Positions 7,059 through 14,427 of a stretch of 29,327 nt of DNA are shown here, in pieces. The stretch is from a virus (lineage: Duplodnaviria; Caudoviricetes). Made by a program: the position numbers and the translations under genes. Positions within the stretch are counted from its first letter, which is position 1, and each line of letters starts with the position of its first letter. Where the stretch lies: positions 1 through 29,327 of the IMG/VR virus record IMGVR_UViG_3300046786_000262; one strand, written 5' to 3'. The notes below the pieces were generated by a model. It worked only from the letters and a program-made list of their open reading frames with translations. It did not search any database and was not told the DNA's origin.

Positions 7059-9295
7059 TGTATCTCTTTAATGTAGTTGTTAATCGTCTGCCTGGAGATG
7101 CCGAGAATGTCTGCCATCTGGCTTCTATTGAATTCTGGATTCGCTTTGTACATCTCCTGGACCTGGTCTTTTTTGCTCTTGAGCTTATTCACTGACATCA
7201 CCTTTTTGAGTTCGAATGTCTCTGATGATTGCATCTTCACTTTCTTGGCCATGTTGATGAAATACTTTGATAATCGCTCTGCCTTGAGAAGAGATTCCTT
7301 TGTGATGAAATCAATGGGGAATCCTTCCTCTGCTGTCATTGAATCAAGTGTATTGATCAGAAGAGCGAATCTGGGAATGTAGCTCTTTTGCTTTGGGAGC
7401 ATGCTCTTCATGTACTCATTCTCCATTGGTGAATTCTGCATCGATGTGATGTCATTGAATATGCGCTTCCATTCGAGCTGTGCTTGCTGGGAGAATGTCG
7501 CTGTGATGGATTGAATCTCATTGTCATTGTCATATACCACGATGTGGCGCTTGACCTTCTGATACATATCGATGATGAAATCCTCATACCACTGGAGGAG
7601 ATCTGCATCCATCTCATTGTCGTTGTATTCCTCCACATCAAGATCTGGAAAGCATGTGAGAATTCTGTCGATGAATCCATTATCCTTATTCTCCTCTGTG
7701 TAGAATTGATTGAGGATCCCTGGCTGAATACCTCCCAGGATTGGGATCACTGGAGATTCCACGAATGAGCTCTTCGATGTCTTTCGATTCAGCGCCACTC
7801 CCTTGTTGCTCCAGGAAGAAAGCCAGAATTCAAGATCTGATCCAGCTCGATATTTATTCATGTCCTTCAGCCAGCCAGCGAGCTCATCCTTGAATACTCC
7901 CACAGCATTTTTATTCTCCTCATGAAGCTCCACGAGTGCCTCCAGGGTGATGTCAGATGCAATGAATTGAGTTTTAATAGGCTTCCTCAATTGCTCCTCT
8001 CCTTCTCTCTCTTTTTTATCCATCTCCATGTAGGCTCGATATGCCTCCATTCGTTTGATGTATGTCTTTATCTCATTGTTGTTGGCCTTCTGCAATGGGA
8101 AAATGATGTTATTGATGTTCGGAGTTTTTCCCACTCCAGGCCTTCCCACGATAGCCATCCAAAGTATTCCACTTTCAATCCATCCTCTTTTGACCTGGAT
8201 CTTGATGGAGTTCCCAATGATGATGGACAGCATCCACATCATGCTGCATCCCATGTAATCGATGGAGCTGTTGAGAGTGCGATGGCATTCAAGCATGTAC
8301 CTCTGAATATCCGGAGGGAAGATATCGATGGGGAAGATCAGCTCTTCTGCATCAATGGTGATGTCAGCTGGAGAATAGTCAGATGAAGATGGTTTTTTCA
8401 CATGCCTGGATCCGTAACCTTTGGAATACAGATCCCTGGAAGCTGCCCTCATATCTCCCTGGTGAAATCTCCAGGCATAAATTGCGAATGGAGATAGGAT
8501 CTTCTCTGCTGGGAAGATGGTGCCAGTTGTGAAAAGGAAAAGATTGCCACTGTTATTGTAAATGTATCCACTGTGCTCTGATGTCGCACCATGTCTCTTG
8601 ATCACTTGCTTATCCTTCAGCCTTCGCACGATGGTAAAATCATCCTGGATCAATTCCCATACAGTATTGCGCTGATTGAAATCGGCCCATGGAGAGATGC
8701 TGTCCTCTGGTATCTGATCTGGAGATGGCTCATCAATTGGCTCTTTATAGTCAAAGTATCTGGAGATGGCCATGAGGACATCTCTGTCCTTCACACTGAT
8801 CTGCTTGATGTCGGAGTATCCCAGAGCTGTGACCTTTTTGTCATAGATGAATACATATCCTCCCACTCCCCTGGTCTCGATGATGGCTTCTGGAGAATTC
8901 TGAAGCTTTGCCAGTTTCTGATTACCTTGAATCTCTTCGCACTTGTACAGAATGTGATATCCGTTGTTGATGGTTTTGTATATCACGAATTTTTCATCGA
9001 AATCAGCAATATTGTCCTTGAGGAATGTGAGATATTCCTTCCAGAATTCTTGTTGTGCTTGTAAAGTTGGGAGAGTTTTGAGATCAATATCAATCACCTC
9101 CAGGCCACCGTATCCGGTACAGATCCCTTGGCCCAATGTTGATGGCAGCTCATAAACTTTGGCGAATTCCTCCTTTGACATGGCCCTGGTTTGGAATTCC
9201 TTCCAGCGAATATTTGGCACCTTTTTTTCTCCGATTGTGATGATGCTGTATCCATCATCAATCAATCGATTCAGTTTTGATATTGGAAGCTTCAT
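7055..9295 (-). CDS. Primase-polymerase (Prim-Pol) fused to a DUF3987-like P-loop helicase and a C-terminal HTH, 746 aa
   Basis: N-terminal GICTG..LEVIDID and KTINNGYH; P-loop GRPGVGKT, DITLEAL, KDELAGW, GGIQPG, DNGFIDR; C-terminal NRSQMADILGISRQTINNY HTH. Confidence 0.85.
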   Translation of the reverse strand: MKLPISKLNRLIDDGYSIITIGEKKVPNIRWKEFQTRAMSKEEFAKVYELPSTLGQGICTGYGGLEVIDIDLKTLPTLQAQQEFWKEYLTFLKDNIADFDEKFVIYKTINNGYHILYKCEEIQGNQKLAKLQNSPEAIIETRGVGGYVFIYDKKVTALGYSDIKQISVKDRDVLMAISRYFDYKEPIDEPSPDQIPEDSISPWADFNQRNTVWELIQDDFTIVRRLKDKQVIKRHGATSEHSGYIYNNSGNLFLFTTGTIFPAEKILSPFAIYAWRFHQGDMRAASRDLYSKGYGSRHVKKPSSSDYSPADITIDAEELIFPIDIFPPDIQRYMLECHRTLNSSIDYMGCSMMWMLSIIIGNSIKIQVKRGWIESGILWMAIVGRPGVGKTPNINNIIFPLQKANNNEIKTYIKRMEAYRAYMEMDKKEREGEEQLRKPIKTQFIASDITLEALVELHEENKNAVGVFKDELAGWLKDMNKYRAGSDLEFWLSSWSNKGVALNRKTSKSSFVESPVIPILGGIQPGILNQFYTEENKDNGFIDRILTCFPDLDVEEYNDNEMDADLLQWYEDFIIDMYQKVKRHIVVYDNDNEIQSITATFSQQAQLEWKRIFNDITSMQNSPMENEYMKSMLPKQKSYIPRFALLINTLDSMTAEEGFPIDFITKESLLKAERLSKYFINMAKKVKMQSSETFELKKVMSVNKLKSKKDQVQEMYKANPEFNRSQMADILGISRQTINNYIKEIQ

Positions 9296-9522
9296 CTGGC
9301 AGCGATAAATTGGTAAATGTAGTTTAGTGATCCATCTTCAGATACCTTCATGCCAGTTTGTGAGAAGAGAATCCATACATCTGCTGTCTCGATTTCAATC
9401 TCCAGATCTGGATGAGCGCTGATCATGATCTCTCTTTCCAGTGTTGCCAGGTGAGTGAATGGATGATTCACCTCTGATTCAAAAAATTCTCTTAAATTTC
9501 TAACGATCAATCGTTTTTTCAT
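9292..9522 (-). CDS. Hypothetical protein, 76 aa
   Basis: Coupled to the primase start; preceded by a TAnnTTTG box. Confidence 0.65.
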   Translation of the reverse strand: MKKRLIVRNLREFFESEVNHPFTHLATLEREIMISAHPDLEIEIETADVWILFSQTGMKVSEDGSLNYIYQFIAAR

Positions 9523-9545
9523 GGTTTAAATTTTAATGATTTGCT

Positions 9546-9553
9546 CAAATGTA
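9546..9553 (-). promoter_or_regulatory. Bacteroidota -7 box TACATTTG upstream of the primase operon
   Basis: TAnnTTTG match. Confidence 0.55.
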
Positions 9554-9624
9554 CAGCAATCTCTCATAAAAAAATTGCGTTCACTCATAAATTGCAGTTA
9601 TCAAATTTTCTCTTTGTACTTGTA

Positions 9625-9812
9625 TAAATTTTTTACACCTTTTTTTACACCTTTTTACACCTATTTTTACACCTCAATCGCAGTGATGCTGTGGCTTTCA
9701 GCGATTTTTTACAGTGTAAAAGGAAAAAAAACGATTTTTTCATTTTTGTCCAGGATAAAATTTCTCAAAAATACCAGTGTAAAGTGTAAAATTTTACACT
9801 TTTTTTACACCT
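9625..9812. repeat. Iteron array / putative replication origin
   Basis: TTTTACACC at 9631, 9643, 9653, 9665 and 9803; inverted GTGTAAA(A) at 9714, 9777 and 9784; perfect 22-bp palindrome at 9781-9802; AT-rich, non-coding and upstream of the primase operon. Confidence 0.75.
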
Positions 9813-9814
9813 GG

Positions 9815-10072
9815 TCACTGATAAAATTCAATCCATTCGATGACCTTCTCGATGAAGGAATACTCTTCCAGGATCACCAGCCGATTGTGCTCATTCCTTT
9901 CGATTGGACACTCGAATTCCTCCCTCAAGAGCTGCATATCCTTCTCGATGGAGCTGCGATGATATTGCACTCCAGTCATGTGCTCGATTCGGTTTGTGAT
10001 CTGATCAATGCTGTGAGGCTTCACCTTGAGCATGTAAACAATACAGCTCATCCTTCTCATTTTCTCTCTCAT
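9815..10072 (-). CDS. Winged-HTH protein resembling the N-terminal HTH of WYL regulators, 85 aa
   Basis: HRSSIEKDMQLLREEFECPIE pattern; no WYL domain follows. Confidence 0.6.
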   Translation of the reverse strand: MREKMRRMSCIVYMLKVKPHSIDQITNRIEHMTGVQYHRSSIEKDMQLLREEFECPIERNEHNRLVILEEYSFIEKVIEWIEFYQ

Positions 10073-10491
10073 AGCATCTCTTTTAAGATCTCCCTGGAGA
10101 TGATTCCTTGATTGTCTCGATAGATATCCGCATGCTTTGTGTACAGCATCACCTCCATGGTGATGAATTGATCCTCATCATTTATGATCTGCATATGAAT
10201 ATTGTTGCCATCGAGATCCTGGATTGAGAATTTATTCAGCTCCTCGAATAATTGGCTTACAGTGTTGATGTATATGCGATCATTCATTCTCATGAACATG
10301 TCGTGTTGCTTTAAGCCATACAGCACAGTGCTGTGATTCATCTTGAAGAGCTTTCCGATGGTTTCCAGGGTGAGCTCTTTTCGAAGCTCGCTGAACAGAT
10401 AGTATCTCATGTAAACCATCTCTCTCTTTCGGCACCTTCCGATCAACTTCTGATCCTGGGCCATTCTCATTATTTGCTTTAGTGTTGCCAT
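10069..10491 (-). CDS. Protein with a DnaA C-terminal (domain IV)-like HTH (likely start MATLKQ, 140 aa)
   Basis: RKREMVYMRYYLFSELRKELTLETIGKLFKMNHSTVLYG parallels the DnaA domain IV pattern (R...v.aRq...SL..IG..F..DHtTV.h). Confidence 0.7.
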   Translation of the reverse strand: MATLKQIMRMAQDQKLIGRCRKREMVYMRYYLFSELRKELTLETIGKLFKMNHSTVLYGLKQHDMFMRMNDRIYINTVSQLFEELNKFSIQDLDGNNIHMQIINDEDQFITMEVMLYTKHADIYRDNQGIISREILKEML

Positions 10492-10492
10492 C

Positions 10493-10636
10493 TTATACTT
10501 TCTCAACTTTAATAATTAAAGGATCCCACAGATCCATCTTTCTCCTTGCATCTTCCTGGCTGTTGGCCTGGAGGACCCGATACATGATCCTCCACTTGCC
10601 ATCAGCTTTCGCTCTATATGTTACTTTCCAGGTCAT
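10493..10636 (-). CDS. Small hypothetical protein, 47 aa (not in the ORF track)
   Basis: MTWKVTYRAKADGKWRIMYRVLQANSQEDARRKMDLWDPLIIKVEKV*; ATGA overlap with the upstream stop. Confidence 0.65.
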   Translation of the reverse strand: MTWKVTYRAKADGKWRIMYRVLQANSQEDARRKMDLWDPLIIKVEKV

Positions 10637-11067
10637 AGCTCAACGATATATTTGATTTCAGACTCAGCTACACCAGTTGAATTGATGAAGCTTGTGATTG
10701 CGTGTGTAATCCCTGAAGCATTTAATGTCAATCCACCAAGCAATGGAGTTGATTCCTTCTCAACATCACCTCTGCTGATGAAGTATGTGATGTGATATGT
10801 CCTCTGATCACGAGGAGAGAAAGCCAGGATCATAGATCCAGCTGGTCTGTCATCAATGAATACTGATTCAGCATCTGTCACAAATTTATCCTTTATTTGT
10901 GACTGCAATGTCTCCACGAATGTTGGCTCACTGTCATCTTCTATCTCGATCCATCCTTCACCATTGCAATCTGCACATTCAACATTTATTGTGGTGCCAT
11001 ACGGCCCTGGCTCTGAATCACAATCATATGATCCAATACCTTTACATTCATTACATTTAACTTTCAT
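10633..11067 (-). CDS. Protein with an N-terminal DnaJ-type zinc ribbon (CxxCxGxG x2), 144 aa
   Basis: CNECKGIG...CADCNGEG; the ATG at 11067 is coupled to the upstream stop. Confidence 0.7.
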   Translation of the reverse strand: MKVKCNECKGIGSYDCDSEPGPYGTTINVECADCNGEGWIEIEDDSEPTFVETLQSQIKDKFVTDAESVFIDDRPAGSMILAFSPRDQRTYHITYFISRGDVEKESTPLLGGLTLNASGITHAITSFINSTGVAESEIKYIVEL

Positions 11068-11168
11068 ATGCTCCAAAAATAAAATACTACGCTCAATACA
11101 GCTACCATTGCAGCCAATCCTTTAACTACCTCCCAATGCTCTGGAGTTGATGGAATAAATCGTCTCAT
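11064..11168 (-). CDS. Small single-TM protein, 34 aa (not in the ORF track)
   Basis: MRRFIPSTPEHWEVVKGLAAMVAVLSVVFYFWSI*; ATGA overlaps at both ends. Confidence 0.65.
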   Translation of the reverse strand: MRRFIPSTPEHWEVVKGLAAMVAVLSVVFYFWSI

Positions 11169-11401
11169 AGTTCTGTGATCATTTTAATTAATTGTAATTT
11201 CTTGAAATCTCGTGTCGCATAACTGTCCTTCCATTCCTGGCTTCCAATGTATCCAGATGATTCACTTGTTTTGCGAGCATTCACTTTGCTCATGATGATT
11301 AGTGTGTTGAGATCCTCAATGATTTTTGAGAGCTCTTCAGTTTTGAAGCCAGAATCAAGCACATAATAGCTCAATGTCTCCAGTTCTTTTTGTGTTTTCA
11401 T
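11165..11401 (-). CDS. Hypothetical early protein, 78 aa
   Basis: ORF with an A-rich initiation region in the early operon. Confidence 0.65.
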   Translation of the reverse strand: MKTQKELETLSYYVLDSGFKTEELSKIIEDLNTLIIMSKVNARKTSESSGYIGSQEWKDSYATRDFKKLQLIKMITEL

Positions 11402-11419
11402 ATAATTATAGTTTAAAAA

Positions 11420-11689
11420 TTACGCATTAAAATAATACTTTGCAGCTTCAAAGCTACCATCAGATTGCTTTACAAAATAGTGATGCCATTCACCAGGCTC
11501 ATTCTCATCATTCAATAGTCCATTCACGAAGCCATTTGATATATATATACACTCATTTGATTCATCAGCTATAACATTATATGCATCATCTGCATCCATA
11601 CCTTTATCAAGCATTAAATCATACCATTCGTTCAATTCAATCTTGTTGATTGTGGTACCTCTGTGATAAATTTTCATGTTAATTTTCAT
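11420..11689 (-). CDS. Hypothetical acidic early protein, 89 aa
   Basis: First gene after the early promoter; AT-rich. Confidence 0.65.
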   Translation of the reverse strand: MKINMKIYHRGTTINKIELNEWYDLMLDKGMDADDAYNVIADESNECIYISNGFVNGLLNDENEPGEWHHYFVKQSDGSFEAAKYYFNA

Positions 11690-11712
11690 GGCTTTAAGTA
11701 TTAAATGGTCTT

Positions 11713-11742
11713 CAAATATACCGCTTATTTTTATATATGCAA
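11713..11742 (-). promoter_or_regulatory. Main early promoter, Bacteroidota type (TTG-N19-TATATTTG)
   Basis: Minus strand TTG CATATATAAAAATAAGCGG TATATTTG matches the -33/-7 spacing. Confidence 0.7.
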
Positions 11743-11766
11743 TTTTTTCTGCACAATTTTCTTGAT

Positions 11767-11799
11767 AAAAACAAAAAGCACCCCAATCTGGAGCGCTTT
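11767..11799 (-). terminator. Intrinsic terminator at the end of the late operon
   Basis: AAAGCGCTCC AGATT GGGGTGCTTT followed by TTGTTTTT. Confidence 0.8.
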
Positions 11800-11842
11800 C
11801 TCTTACCTAAATTCTATAAACTAACCTATTTACTTATGCCGA

Positions 11843-11859
11843 ATACTAATGTACGAAAT
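11843..11859 (-). promoter_or_regulatory. Second copy of the 17-bp ATTTCGTACATTAGTAT element
   Basis: Identical to 4554-4570; followed by a short non-coding stretch and a terminator. Confidence 0.5.
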
Positions 11860-12854
11860 TATCTCACTTTACCATCAATGATCCGTAAATTTCTGACCTC
11901 ATATTCTCCAGATGGGAATACCTCCACGAACATAAATCCAGAATTCCACTTGTTATAAGGGAGATATTCTGGTGAAAGTGAGCAAAGGCAGCCGCTGGAC
12001 CATGTAGTCACCACATTCCCATGCATGTCCTTCTCGCTGTGCTCTGATGTCTGATGATGGTGCCCAATGATGCAGCTCGCTTTCGCCTTCATGAAGAGGC
12101 CTCTCGCTGGATTCACTGGTGAGAATACACTATTGCCGAATTCATGGCCATGCATCACTGCCAGATTGCCGATCATAACCTTCTGCTTTCCCTTGATGAG
12201 CTGCACACCATACTGACCAAATCGGAGAATGTGCTGAAGCTCGAAGTCAGTGATCCCCAGAAGCTCTGGAGCTGTCACCTTGAGATAGTTCTCCCATCTC
12301 TCCTCATGATTCCCCAGCTTGAAATAAATCGGTCCTGGTATGGCCTCATTTAAGGCAGCAAAGAATTCTCTGGTCATCTCAAGCTCTCCAGCCAGGGAGC
12401 GCAATCTTGGATCCTTAATGAATCGAGAAGCCTGGTACATGTCGATGGTATCTCCATTCAAGAATACACAATTAGCTCCATGCTTGATGCCATAGTTGAT
12501 GGCTATCTCGAGCGCTTCATTATCCTGGTATGGCAAATGAATGTCACTCATGATGAGAATACGATTCGATCCCTTTGGGAAGGTGAATGTATCGAGCTCT
12601 TTGTAGTCGCTTACTGGAAGCATTTTATTCCATGCCATAGCTTCAATTTTTTGCTCTTCAGATCTTACAGCCACTGGAGATGCGCATTTCTTTCCTTTTT
12701 GCTCTCCTCTGTAGTATCTTACTTTGTTGTATACTAAACCGTACTTATAGAATACTTGAGGATGTAAGGCCATGAGAGCACTGGCAGCTGTACGGCTACC
12801 TATCTCTGGATTCTCAAGTAAAAAATCTTTGATTATTTTGACATCAATCTTCAT
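11859..12854 (-). CDS. Calcineurin-like metallophosphoesterase with an N-terminal extension (likely start MKIDVK, 331 aa)
   Basis: SDIHLPY, NGDTID, GNHE, HGHE and GHHH motifs. Confidence 0.9.
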   Translation of the reverse strand: MKIDVKIIKDFLLENPEIGSRTAASALMALHPQVFYKYGLVYNKVRYYRGEQKGKKCASPVAVRSEEQKIEAMAWNKMLPVSDYKELDTFTFPKGSNRILIMSDIHLPYQDNEALEIAINYGIKHGANCVFLNGDTIDMYQASRFIKDPRLRSLAGELEMTREFFAALNEAIPGPIYFKLGNHEERWENYLKVTAPELLGITDFELQHILRFGQYGVQLIKGKQKVMIGNLAVMHGHEFGNSVFSPVNPARGLFMKAKASCIIGHHHQTSEHSEKDMHGNVVTTWSSGCLCSLSPEYLPYNKWNSGFMFVEVFPSGEYEVRNLRIIDGKVR

Positions 12855-13332
12855 GTACCGGATGAATGAATCCAACAAGCTGCAATCCATTGATGGCTTT
12901 CCATTGATATGTCCTGGTCTTCATTGCGACCTCAATACCTTCTCTGCCTCCAGCTTTATTTGTATTCCCCTCAATGCACTTGAATGATTCTGCTGAAGCT
13001 TCAGCTACAATACCGATGTGACCAGTCCATCCAGGCTTGCCAGATTTAACTGATCGCCATACAGCGAGCGCTCCAGGTACAGCGATTTCAGATCCTTTCC
13101 TTCCAGCATCTTGATAGTTCAAATAAGTACGGAAAGCTGAAGCACTGAAGTGAGATGTATCCTGGCCAGCTTCTCTCCATACCAGCTCTGCGAAATATGC
13201 GCACCAGGCATGTGTATCTGCGAAGCCTACAGATCTCATCTTTGCATCGAAATCCGGATTGATGAATCCCATGTTTCCTGGTTTCTCTCTTTGTCCAATG
13301 TACTTGGAAGCTATTTCTACGATTCTCTCCAT
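12844..13332 (-). CDS. CHAP-domain endolysin, 162 aa
   Basis: AWCAYF (catalytic Cys), GHIGIV (His) and IEGNTN; next to the holin. Confidence 0.9.
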   Translation of the reverse strand: MERIVEIASKYIGQREKPGNMGFINPDFDAKMRSVGFADTHAWCAYFAELVWREAGQDTSHFSASAFRTYLNYQDAGRKGSEIAVPGALAVWRSVKSGKPGWTGHIGIVAEASAESFKCIEGNTNKAGGREGIEVAMKTRTYQWKAINGLQLVGFIHPVHED

Positions 13333-13754
13333 GTCGCCATTTTATAGATCAGCCAGAGCACCACGAGAATCCAGATGGCGAGCACAATTTTTGTGATCAG
13401 ATTAACTGGTGATGTTTTGACCTTGGTTTTATTTTCTTTTTTGGTGATGTACTTGAGCACTCTCAATGTATCTCTTTTCAGCTTGTATTGTATTCTCTCC
13501 TGGTACCTGGTTAATGGCACATATTTAATCAACTGGTGAATCACTGGCACCGAATCAATCACTGATCTGATCACCTCCTTCTCTTTTGTAACCTCATTCC
13601 AGAGTGTATCTGTCAGATAAATATATTGATAGCTTGTATCTGTGCCGAATTTTGCACCTTTAGCTTGGGCCTTGACGATATGATGCTGCGCTCTTCTCAC
13701 ATGATATGCCGCTGTGCATGCAGTCAAAAGGAGGAAGATGGCAAGATACCTCAT
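13317..13754 (-). CDS. Putative unimolecular spanin, 145 aa
   Basis: N-terminal lipobox MRYLAIFLLLTAC plus C-terminal TM LITKIVLAIWILVVLWLIY; lies between the holin and endolysin genes. Confidence 0.6.
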   Translation of the reverse strand: MRYLAIFLLLTACTAAYHVRRAQHHIVKAQAKGAKFGTDTSYQYIYLTDTLWNEVTKEKEVIRSVIDSVPVIHQLIKYVPLTRYQERIQYKLKRDTLRVLKYITKKENKTKVKTSPVNLITKIVLAIWILVVLWLIYKMATWRES

Positions 13755-14167
13755 AAACTATCTTTTATCTTTTTAATACCGTTCAAAAATCCCTTGAATC
13801 GACTGATGATTCCTTTGTCATCTCCGTATCTTTCACGAATCTTCTCATCGATGGAAGAGATCTCAATTCCAATGAGGAAGAGGCCAGCAATTTTCGTCAC
13901 CACGAATGGCACACTGAACACAGTCAGCACAGCATCATTTATCATTGCATAGTCCACCAGGAAGAGAAGTAATACAGCTGCCTCATATGCGATGGTTTTG
14001 GAAAGGATCCCATTGCGTAATCGCTTGCTGGTGAATTTTCTTTTCGTCAGAGATAGTGCAACGATTGTATCTGCCAGGATTGCCATACCTACAGCCAGAA
14101 GAATCAATGCAATCGGAGCGAAAAAAGCCATACATGTCCAGATGGCTGTTCGAATCAATGAAGTCAT
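13751..14167 (-). CDS. Holin (phage holin family 4-like), 138 aa
   Basis: Three hydrophobic segments, DTIVAL..FTSKRLRNG..K and IEISSIDE motifs, basic C-terminus. Confidence 0.8.
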   Translation of the reverse strand: MTSLIRTAIWTCMAFFAPIALILLAVGMAILADTIVALSLTKRKFTSKRLRNGILSKTIAYEAAVLLLFLVDYAMINDAVLTVFSVPFVVTKIAGLFLIGIEISSIDEKIRERYGDDKGIISRFKGFLNGIKKIKDSL

Positions 14168-14170
14168 AGA

Positions 14171-14190
14171 ATAATATGTTTTTTTGTTCT
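14171..14190 (-). promoter_or_regulatory. Repeated late-promoter-like motif AGAACAAAAAAACATATTAT (copy 3)
   Basis: Ends 3 nt before the holin ATG. Confidence 0.7.
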
Positions 14191-14419
14191 ACACCTCGAA
14201 TTTTTGTAGCTCTGTGAATGCCCAGATGCGCACCTCATCATCACTCCAGTCAGCTGAATATGTGAATCCAGGGAGATTGATTCCAAATTTTGCACCATCA
14301 GCAGTCAGCTCCAGGTCCACAGAGCATGTGTGATTGAGCACATTATCATGCACACTGATCATGATGATGATGGGATTCACGATCTCCACTGTAAACTGTT
14401 CAAATTTATACTTTGCCAT
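14189..14419 (-). CDS. Small protein after the fibre gene (possible fibre chaperone), 76 aa
   Basis: Position and size only. Confidence 0.6.
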   Translation of the reverse strand: MAKYKFEQFTVEIVNPIIIMISVHDNVLNHTCSVDLELTADGAKFGINLPGFTYSADWSDDEVRIWAFTELQKFEV

Positions 14420-14427
14420 GTCTTATA

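Noticed and set aside
9625-9812. CRISPR array
   Set aside because: Repeats are 8-9 bp, nearly tandem and in both orientations, with no spacers and no cas genes.
9536-10111. 191-aa plus-strand ORF
   Set aside because: Low-complexity translation of the iteron array (FFTPFFTPFYT) and antisense to the wHTH gene.
4557-11689. Lysogeny module
   Set aside because: No integrase, ParA or clear divergent repressor pair was found; the small HTH proteins alone are insufficient.
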